Shown piece after piece: positions 56,390 to 64,000 of a stretch of 64,000 nt of DNA. A program made the position numbers and the translations under genes. This stretch comes from an uncultured Bacteroidales bacterium (GTDB lineage Bacteria > Bacteroidota > Bacteroidia > Bacteroidales > Muribaculaceae). The notes beneath the pieces were generated by a model. It searched no databases, was not told where the DNA came from, and saw nothing but the letters and a program-made list of their open reading frames with translations. Where the stretch lies: contig CACZNH010000007.1 in assembly GCA_902782465.1 (NCBI GenBank), forward strand, positions 53,687 to 117,686, given 5' to 3'. The stretch's first letter is position 1. Every line of letters starts with the position of its first letter.

Positions 56390-59161
56390 ATGGATTACAA
56401 TTATAAAGACATAGAGAAAAAGTGGCAACAGTATTGGCGTGACAACCACACCTATAAATGCGAGGTGGACCACAACCGCCCCAAATTCTATGTGTTGGAT
56501 ATGTTCCCCTATCCCTCGGGAGCAGGTCTGCACGTGGGACATCCGCTGGGATACATCGCCAGCGACATCTATGCGCGATACAAACGCCTGAAGGGCTTTA
56601 ACGTGCTGCATCCCATGGGCTACGATGCCTACGGTCTGCCTGCTGAGCAGTATGCCATTCAGACGGGTCAGCACCCCGAAATCACCACCAACGAGAACAT
56701 CGCCCGCTATCGTGATCAGCTCGACAAAATAGGTTTCTGCTACGATTGGGACCGTGAGGTACGCACCTGTGACCCCACCTATTACAAGTGGACACAGTGG
56801 GCCTTCCTGCAGATGTTCAAGAGCTATTACAACACCGAGCTCGACAAGGCACGTCCCATCGATGAGCTGGTGGAACACTTCGAGAAACACGGCACCGATG
56901 GCTGCAATGCCCACACCAACTGCACAGACGAGTTTACCGCCGACGAGTGGAAGTCAATGACTCAGCTGGAAAAGAATAATGTGCTGATGAATTACCGCAT
57001 CGCTTATCTGGGCAACACGATGGTGAACTGGTGTCCCAAGCTGGGAACCGTGCTGGCCAACGACGAGGTGAGCGAGGGCGTTTCGGTGCGTGGCGGCTAT
57101 CCCGTTGAGCAGAAGATGATGAGCCAGTGGTGCCTGCGCGTGTCGGCCTATGCCGGCCGCCTGTTGCGTGACCTGGATACCATCGAGTGGACCGAGTCCA
57201 TCAAGGAGACGCAACGCAACTGGATTGGCTACAGCGAGGGTGCCGAGATGACCTTCCCCATCGCCGACAGTGACAAGAGCCTGTTGATTTTCACCACGCG
57301 TGCCGACACCATCTTCGGTGTTACTTTCATGGTACTGGCGCCCGAGAGCATCTACGTTGACGAGGTGGTGACGCCCGACCAGCGTGCTGCCGTCGATGCC
57401 TATCTTGACGAGGTGAAGCACAAGACCGAGCGCGAACGCATGATTGAAAAGAAGGTGAGCGGCGTGTTCACCGGCAGCTATGCCGTCAACCCCATCACGG
57501 GCAAGAACATCCCCATCTATATCAGTGACTATGTGTTGGCAGGCTACGGCACGGGTGCCATCATGGCGGTTCCCGCCCACGACAGCCGCGACTATGCCTT
57601 CGCCAAACACTTCGACCTGCCCATCATCCCGCTGATTGAGGGTGCCGATGTGAGCGAGGAGAGCTTTGACGCCAAGGAAGGAATCATGGCCAACTCGTCC
57701 AACGAGCGCCTGCAGCTCAACGGCTTGCAGGTCAAGGAGGCGATTGCTAAGACCAAGCAGTATATCGAGGAGGCCGGCGTCGGTCACGTGAAGGTGAACT
57801 ACCGCCTGCGCGACGCCATCTTCAGCCGTCAGCGCTACTGGGGCGAGCCGTTCCCCATCTACTACGATGAGAACAACCAGCCGCAACCCCTCGACGAGAG
57901 TCTGTTGCCGCTGCAGTTGCCCGAGGTGGACAAGTTCCTGCCCACCGAGACGGGTGAGCCTCCCCTGGGCCGTGCCAAGGGTTGGGTGACCACCGACGGT
58001 TATCCCCTGGAGTTGAACACCATGCCGGGCTTTGCCGGTTCGTCGGCCTACTACCTGCGCTATATGGACCCGCACAATGACAAGGAGCTTGTTTCGCACG
58101 AGGCCAATGAATATTGGCGTCAGGTGGACCTCTATGTGGGTGGTACCGAGCATGCTACAGGTCACTTGATTTACAGCCGTTTCTGGAACAAGTTCCTCTA
58201 TGACTACGGCTATGTGTGCGAGGCTGAGCCTTTCCGCAAACTCGTCAACCAGGGTATGATTCAGGGCCGCAGCAACTTCGTTTACCGCATCAAGGACACC
58301 AACAAGTTCGTCACGCTCAACAGCAAGGATGACTATGACGTAACCCCCATCCATGTGGATGTGAACATCGTAGATGCCGACGCGCTTGATATCGAAAAAT
58401 TCCGCGAGTGGCGTCCCGAGTTCAAGAATGCCGAGTTCATCCTCGAGAACGGCAAGTACATCTGCGGCTGGGCCATCGAAAAAATGTCCAAGTCGATGTT
58501 CAACGTCGTGAATCCCGATGACATTGTGGAGAAGTTCGGTGCCGACACGTTGCGTCTGTATGAGATGTTCCTGGGTCCCGTCGAGGCCAGCAAGCCTTGG
58601 GACACTAACGGCATTGATGGCGTGCACCGCTTCCTCAAGCGCCTGTGGGCACTCTTCTTCAAGGGTGACGAGATGCTGCTCACCGACGAGAAGCCCGATG
58701 AGAAGGCTCTCAAATCAGTACACAAGCTCATCAAGAAGGTGAGCGGTGACATCGAGACCTTCAGCTACAACACGTCGGTGGCAGCCTTCATGATTTGTGT
58801 CAATGAGTTGACCGCGCTCAAGTGCCGCAGCCGCGAGATTTACGAGCCGCTGGTCGTGTTGCTGGCTCCTTTCGCTCCCCATATCGCCGAGGAACTGTGG
58901 CACGTGCTGGGTCACGACACCACCGTGTGTGACGCCCAGTGGCCCACCTGGAACGAGGATTACCTGAAGGAATCGACAGTGAAATACGGCGTTTCGTTCA
59001 ACGGCAAGTCACGCTACACCATCGAGGTGCCTGCCGATGCCGACGAGGAGCAGGTGAAGCAACTCGCCCTGGCCGATGCCGGTGCCGAGCGTTGGCTCGA
59101 CGGCAAGCAGCCCCGCAAGATTATCTTCGTGAAGGGCAAACTCGTCAACATCGTTGTCTAA
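56390..59161 (+). CDS. leuS: Leucine--tRNA ligase
   Basis: HIGH motif ([10 protein letters not shown]), KMSKS motif, 923 aa. Confidence 0.95.
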   Translation: MDYNYKDIEKKWQQYWRDNHTYKCEVDHNRPKFYVLDMFPYPSGAGLHVGHPLGYIASDIYARYKRLKGFNVLHPMGYDAYGLPAEQYAIQTGQHPEITTNENIARYRDQLDKIGFCYDWDREVRTCDPTYYKWTQWAFLQMFKSYYNTELDKARPIDELVEHFEKHGTDGCNAHTNCTDEFTADEWKSMTQLEKNNVLMNYRIAYLGNTMVNWCPKLGTVLANDEVSEGVSVRGGYPVEQKMMSQWCLRVSAYAGRLLRDLDTIEWTESIKETQRNWIGYSEGAEMTFPIADSDKSLLIFTTRADTIFGVTFMVLAPESIYVDEVVTPDQRAAVDAYLDEVKHKTERERMIEKKVSGVFTGSYAVNPITGKNIPIYISDYVLAGYGTGAIMAVPAHDSRDYAFAKHFDLPIIPLIEGADVSEESFDAKEGIMANSSNERLQLNGLQVKEAIAKTKQYIEEAGVGHVKVNYRLRDAIFSRQRYWGEPFPIYYDENNQPQPLDESLLPLQLPEVDKFLPTETGEPPLGRAKGWVTTDGYPLELNTMPGFAGSSAYYLRYMDPHNDKELVSHEANEYWRQVDLYVGGTEHATGHLIYSRFWNKFLYDYGYVCEAEPFRKLVNQGMIQGRSNFVYRIKDTNKFVTLNSKDDYDVTPIHVDVNIVDADALDIEKFREWRPEFKNAEFILENGKYICGWAIEKMSKSMFNVVNPDDIVEKFGADTLRLYEMFLGPVEASKPWDTNGIDGVHRFLKRLWALFFKGDEMLLTDEKPDEKALKSVHKLIKKVSGDIETFSYNTSVAAFMICVNELTALKCRSREIYEPLVVLLAPFAPHIAEELWHVLGHDTTVCDAQWPTWNEDYLKESTVKYGVSFNGKSRYTIEVPADADEEQVKQLALADAGAERWLDGKQPRKIIFVKGKLVNIVV

Positions 59162-59173
59162 TTAATTATTTAA

Positions 59174-59231
59174 CTACGAATTACGCGAATTGAACGAATT
59201 ATTATTTTCGCATAATTCGCGTAATTCGTAG
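59174..59231. repeat. Copy 3 of the palindromic repeat family
   Basis: ctacgaattacgcgaatt (59174-59191) faces aattcgcgtaattcgtag (59214-59231), followed by tttttt. The arms are identical to copy 1 but the loop differs. Confidence 0.85.
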
Positions 59232-59245
59232 TTTTTTATTCAGTG

Positions 59246-59836
59246 ATGAAAAAGATTGTTTTTGCTACCAATAATGCCCACAAGCTGCAGGAACTGCGGC
59301 AGATGCTGGGCGACCGCTATGAGATACTGGGCCTTGCCGACATCGGCTGCCACGAGGATATCCCCGAGACTGCCGACAACATCGAGGGCAATGCCCAAAT
59401 GAAGGCACGATACGTCAAGGAGCATTACGGCTATGATTGCTTTAGTGACGACACGGGGTTGGAGATTGACGCCCTGGGCGGTGAACCTGGCGTTCACTCG
59501 GCACGTTATGCCGGGCCGGGTCACGACAGCGAGGCCAATATAGACAAAGTTTTGAAGAAACTCGATGGGGTAGGGATGAGCGAGCGTACAGCCCGCTTCC
59601 GCACCGCCATTGCCCTGTTGCAGGGTGACGAGATGCACCTGTTCGAGGGTCAGGTCGAGGGCCTTATCCTCACCGAGCGCCACGGCACGGGCGGCTTTGG
59701 CTACGACAGCATCTTCCAGCCCGTGGAGGGTGCCGGCAGCACCTTCGCCCAGATGTCACCCCAGGACAAGAACAGCATCAGCCACCGCGGCCGTGCCGTC
59801 GCCCGCCTGGTCGCCTACCTCAACGGTCATCAGTAA
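59246..59836 (+). CDS. rdgB: Non-canonical purine NTP pyrophosphatase (RdgB/HAM1)
   Basis: Motifs FATNNAHKLQE, SDDTGLEIDAL.G.PGV.SARYAG, GFGYDSIF and SHRGRA. Confidence 0.88.
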   Translation: MKKIVFATNNAHKLQELRQMLGDRYEILGLADIGCHEDIPETADNIEGNAQMKARYVKEHYGYDCFSDDTGLEIDALGGEPGVHSARYAGPGHDSEANIDKVLKKLDGVGMSERTARFRTAIALLQGDEMHLFEGQVEGLILTERHGTGGFGYDSIFQPVEGAGSTFAQMSPQDKNSISHRGRAVARLVAYLNGHQ

Positions 59837-59882
59837 CCACTACACGATGAATGTGATTAATAACCTAAGTATTCCAATGATT

Positions 59883-61568
59883 ATGAGAAAGATTTCCAAT
59901 TTTTTACTGAAAAAGCTGGCTGTGCTGGCCGTTATAGTTACGGCTTGTTCGTTCACGGCATCGGCCTATGATTTCATGGTGGACAGCATCTGCTACAACA
60001 TCATAGGCGAGAATGAGGTGGAAATCACCCAAAATGAAGCGTATAAAGTGAGTGGCGAGGTTATTCTTCCCGGTACTGTCAATTATGATGGCGTAACCTA
60101 TAACGTCACGTGTATTGGCAAGTATGCCTTCGATAATTGTAAAGAGATAACGTTTGTTTCAGTTCCTGAAGGTGTGACGGCGATTCGTTATTTTGCTTTC
60201 GCAGGCTGCAGTAGTCTGGAGTATGTCGAATTGCCTAATTCGCTCACCACAATTGAGCAACATGGATTCTATTGTTGCACGTCAATGAAGGAATTCCACA
60301 TTCCCCGCAACTTGACCAACATTGCCTACAATGTGTTCAATTCATTTGCTAACCTCCTTTATTACACCTGCAGTCCTTTGAATCCCAGATACCGTGCCGT
60401 TGACGGTCTTCTCTATTCCAAGGATATGACGGAGTTGGTGGCCTATCCCGCTGCCAATCCTGCCACGAGCTTTGACATCCCTACCTACGTCACCAGGTTG
60501 GGTGACTACTGCCTGCACAATTGTGACAACTTGACCGAGATCAACATTCACGAGAATGTCACCGAGATGGGTATGAACATCTTCAGCGGTTGTGACAATA
60601 TTGAATCCATCTACATTCCTGACGCAGTTACCTGCATGGGCGTAACGGTATTCGGTGACTGCAAGAAATTGTCTCAAGTGCATCTTCCTGCCAGTGCCGA
60701 CTCCCTCCTCAGTTCCTTCTTCACCAACTGTCCTTCGTTGACCGAGGTGACCATTCCGCGTAATATCCGCTACATCGGCACCTTTGCTTTCGCCGACTGT
60801 AAGAATCTGAAAACCATCAACTTTGAAGAGGGTAGCCGCCTGAATAAAATCGACTTGCGTGCCTTCGAGAAGTGCTATGCGCTCGAAGAATTCATCATGC
60901 CTGATTCAGTGACCGTTTTAGGAGGACAAATCCTTGGCTACTGCAACGGTTTAAAGAATGTACACTTGAGCGATAACCTCCAGATTTTGGCAGGCGCCAC
61001 CTTCTGGTATTGCACAGGGTTGACCGAACTTGATATTCCCGGCACGGTGACTTTTATCGGTAATGCAGCAATCACTGGCTGCACCTCGCTGAAAAGAATA
61101 AAAGTCGGCGATAAAAACAGTACTCCAAACATCACTTTTATTGAGGATTGCGCCTTGGATTGTGCAAACATTGAAAGAATTGAGTTGGGTGTAAACATCG
61201 ATTCTATTGACAGTTATGGTCTGGATATGTCCCAGAATCTGAAAGTATTAATCAGTTGGTCAACCACTCCACCCAAGACTGGATCTTACGGTTTTTACCC
61301 CTATGATGCAGTCCTGTATGTTCCCAAAGCCTCGGTTGAAGCCTATAGAACGGCTCCCAAGTGGAATACTTTCAAAACCATCCTGCCTATTGAGGACGTG
61401 GGCGATATTGACGGTAACGGCAGCATTGGAATCAGCGACGTCACAAGACTTATTGACATGATCCTGAATGGTGGCGATAGCAATCCGTTGGCCGACGTGG
61501 ACCTGAATGGCTATATCAACATCAGTGACATAACTGAACTGATTGACAAAGTCCTCAACGGCAATTAA
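59883..61568 (+). CDS. BspA-like leucine-rich-repeat surface protein with a C-terminal dockerin-like module
   Basis: Start placed at MRKISNFLLKKLAVLAVIVTACSFTASA (ATGs at 59847 and 59877 are also possible). The first 79 codons of the track ORF overlap rdgB in another frame. LRR units are present. The last 55 aa are GDIDGNGSIGISDVTRLIDMIL...DVDLNGYINISDITELIDKVLNGN. Confidence 0.8.
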   Translation: MRKISNFLLKKLAVLAVIVTACSFTASAYDFMVDSICYNIIGENEVEITQNEAYKVSGEVILPGTVNYDGVTYNVTCIGKYAFDNCKEITFVSVPEGVTAIRYFAFAGCSSLEYVELPNSLTTIEQHGFYCCTSMKEFHIPRNLTNIAYNVFNSFANLLYYTCSPLNPRYRAVDGLLYSKDMTELVAYPAANPATSFDIPTYVTRLGDYCLHNCDNLTEINIHENVTEMGMNIFSGCDNIESIYIPDAVTCMGVTVFGDCKKLSQVHLPASADSLLSSFFTNCPSLTEVTIPRNIRYIGTFAFADCKNLKTINFEEGSRLNKIDLRAFEKCYALEEFIMPDSVTVLGGQILGYCNGLKNVHLSDNLQILAGATFWYCTGLTELDIPGTVTFIGNAAITGCTSLKRIKVGDKNSTPNITFIEDCALDCANIERIELGVNIDSIDSYGLDMSQNLKVLISWSTTPPKTGSYGFYPYDAVLYVPKASVEAYRTAPKWNTFKTILPIEDVGDIDGNGSIGISDVTRLIDMILNGGDSNPLADVDLNGYINISDITELIDKVLNGN

Positions 61569-61582
61569 TCATGGATTAAATG

Positions 61583-61633
61583 GATAATCAGCTAAAATCA
61601 GATTTTTTTTCGGATTTTAGCTGATTATCTTTT
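61583..61633 (+). terminator. Intrinsic terminator
   Basis: Perfect 17-bp stem, gataatcagctaaaatc / gattttagctgattatc, followed by tttt. Confidence 0.7.
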
Positions 61634-61766
61634 GATGAAAGGGTGGTATTTAGGTTTTTCCGTTATTCATATACCTTATTATAAAAATAATGCTTACCTT
61701 TGCACCCTGTTAAGCCAAATAGCATAAAACGACTAATAACTAACTATATCAGTTTTTTCAAAATTT

Positions 61767-64000
61767 TATGAGTAAGGAAAAGAAATTCATGACGTGTGAC
61801 GGTAACCAAGCTGCCGCCCACATCAGTTACATGTTCACTGAGGTAGCCGCTATCTACCCCATCACTCCGTCATCAACGATGGCCGAGCACGTGGACGAGT
61901 GGGCCGCCGCCGGCCGCAAGAACATCTTCGGTGAGACCGTTATGGTACAGGAGATGCAGAGCGAGGGTGGTGCCGCCGGTGCCGTTCACGGTTCGCTGCA
62001 GGCAGGTGCCCTGACCACGACCTACACTGCATCGCAGGGTCTGTTGCTGATGATTCCCAACATGTACAAGATTGCCGGTGAGTTGCTCCCTGGCGTGTTC
62101 CACGTTTCGGCCCGTACGCTGGCCAGCCACACCCTGTGTATCTTTGGTGACCACCAGGACGTGATGGCTACCCGCCAGACCGGTTTTGCCATGCTCGCCG
62201 AGGGCAGTGTGCAGGAGGTAATGGACCTCGCCGGTGTTGCCCACCTGAGCGCCATCAAGGCTCACGTGCCTTTCGTCAACTTCTTTGACGGTTTCCGCAC
62301 CTCGCACGAGATCCAGAAGGTTGAGGCCATGGATCAGGAAGACCTGCGTCCCCTCATCGACATGGAGGAGCTGGCCAAGTTCCGCAAGGGTGCCATGAAT
62401 CCTGACAAGCCCGTTACCCGTGGTACCGCCGAGAACCCCGACGTGTTCTTCCAGCACCGCGAGTCGTGCAACGACTACTATACCGCAGTTCCCGCCATCG
62501 TCGAGGACTACATGAACAAGATCAGCGAAATCACTGGCCGCAAGTATGGTCTGTTTGACTACTACGGCGCCAAGGATGCCGACCGCGTCATCATCGCCAT
62601 GGGCAGTGTGACCGAGGCTATCCGCGAGACCATCGACTATCTGACCGAGAAGGGTGAGAAGGTCGGCCTCGTCGCTGTTCACCTGTATCGCCCCTTCAGC
62701 GCCAAGCACTTCCTCGCAGCCGTTCCCAGCACTGCCAAGCGCATTGCCGTGCTCGACCGCACCAAGGAGCCCGGCGCCAACGGCGAGCCCCTGTATCTTG
62801 ACGTGAAGGACTGCTTCTACGGCACCGAGAACGCCCCCGTTATCGTGGGTGGCCGCTACGGTCTCGGCAGCAAGGACACCACGCCCGCCCAGATTCTCTC
62901 CGTTTATGAGAACCTGGCCCTGCCGATGCCCAAGAACCAGTTCACCATCGGTATCGAGGACGATGTTACCTTCGCCTCGCTTCCCATGAAGGAAGAGGTT
63001 GCCATGGGTGGCGCCGGCATGTTCCAGGCCAAGTTCTACGGTCTGGGTGCTGACGGTACCGTGGGTGCCAACAAGAACAGTGTGAAGATTATCGGTGACA
63101 ACACCGACAAGCACTGCCAGGCCTACTTCTCCTACGACAGCAAGAAGTCGGGTGGTTTCACCTGCTCGCACCTGCGCTTTGGCGACGAGCCCATCCGCTC
63201 GACCTACCTGGTGACCACGCCCAATTTCGTTGCTTGCCACGTTCAGGCTTATCTGCACATGTATGACGTGACCCGCGGTCTGCAGAAGGGTGGTACCTTC
63301 CTGCTGAACACCGTTTGGGACGCCGACAAGCTGGCCGAGAACCTGCCCAACAACGTGAAGAAGTACTTCGCCGACAACAACATCAAGGTTTACTACATCA
63401 ACGCCACCAAGATTGCTCAGGAGATTGGTCTGGGTAACCGCACCAACACCATCCTGCAGAGCGCATTCTTCCGCATCACCGAGGTTATCCCCGTTGACCT
63501 GGCTATCGAGCAGATGAAGAAGTTCATCGTGAAGTCCTACGGCCGCAAGGGTGAGGACGTGGTTAACAAGAACTACCAGGCCGTTGACCGTGGTAACGAG
63601 TACACCGAGCTGCCCGTTGATCCCGCTTGGAGCAACCTCACCGTCGAGGCTCCCGCCGCCGACAATGCTCCCGCATTTGTACACAACGTGGTACGTCCCA
63701 TCAACGCCCAGAACGGCGACCTGCTCAAGGTGAGCGCCTTCAAGGGTCGCGAGGACGGTACTTGGGATGCCGGTACCGCTGCCTATGAGAAGCGCGGTGT
63801 TGGCGCCTTCGTTCCCGTCTGGAAGGCCGAGAACTGTATCCAGTGCAACAAGTGCGCGCTCGTCTGCCCGCACGCTGCCATCCGTCCCTTCGTTATGGAC
63901 GAGGCCGAGGCTGCCGCATCTCCCTTCAAGGACAGCGACAAGCTCAAAGCCATCGGCAAGGGCTTCGAGGGCATGACCTTCGTACAGGTTGTTGACGTGA
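61767..64000 (+). CDS. nifJ: Pyruvate:ferredoxin (flavodoxin) oxidoreductase, 5-prime ~745 codons; continues past the right edge
   Basis: Absent from the track because there is no stop in the window. Manual translation from ATG 61767 gives MSKEKKFMTCDGNQAAAHISYMFTEVAAIYPITPSSTMAEHVDEWAAAGRKNIFGETVMVQEMQSEGGAAGAVHGSLQAGALTTTYTASQGLLLMIPNMYKIAGELLPGVFHVSART..., and later ENCIQCNKCALVCPHAAIRP (4Fe-4S motif). The 666-aa track ORF on the opposite strand is its antisense shadow. Confidence 0.92.

Overview
This 64-kb window looks like a chromosomal segment of a Bacteroidales (Prevotella-like) bacterium. That assignment is an inference from three SusC/SusD pairs-worth of genes, BspA-type LRR surface proteins, a BlaR1-TonB fusion, TAnnTTTG-type promoter boxes and a weak Shine-Dalgarno signal.

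Most of the window is housekeeping: tnaA, gyrB, an rsmF-like gene, a MATE transporter, uvrC, apt, mnmG, ybeY, an NfeD/SPFH pair, obg, lgt, trmH-like, an MscS-family channel, nadA, gpx, leuS, rdgB and the 5-prime 2.2 kb of nifJ/PFOR.

Accessory content is concentrated at 2.2-10.4 kb:
- A visibly AT-rich island carries a tightly packed four-gene minus-strand cassette: a small acidic protein, a protein with a pentapeptide-repeat tail, a two-domain classical AAA+ ATPase, and a cytoplasmic FGE/SUMF1-domain protein. I cannot assign it to any described system and consider it the best candidate for a novel conflict/defence system.
- A roughly 700-bp densely structured non-coding region sits next to it.
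- A translationally coupled N6-adenine methyltransferase plus DUF262(ParB/Srx-fold)-HNH nuclease operon follows. The methyltransferase gene shows an internal compositional break.

Other notable points:
- A SusC-type TonB-dependent transporter is fused in frame to a coiled-coil plus OmpA-like domain.
- Two SusCD pairs are arranged divergently with no CAZymes or regulator nearby.
- Three secreted proteins end in dockerin-like double EF-hand modules.
- Several families of palindromic or short-period intergenic repeats are present.

I found no rRNA, tRNA, CRISPR array, integrase or transposase. Two genes run off the window edges and are absent from the ORF track (1..618 minus, 61767..64000 plus). 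I translated both by hand.
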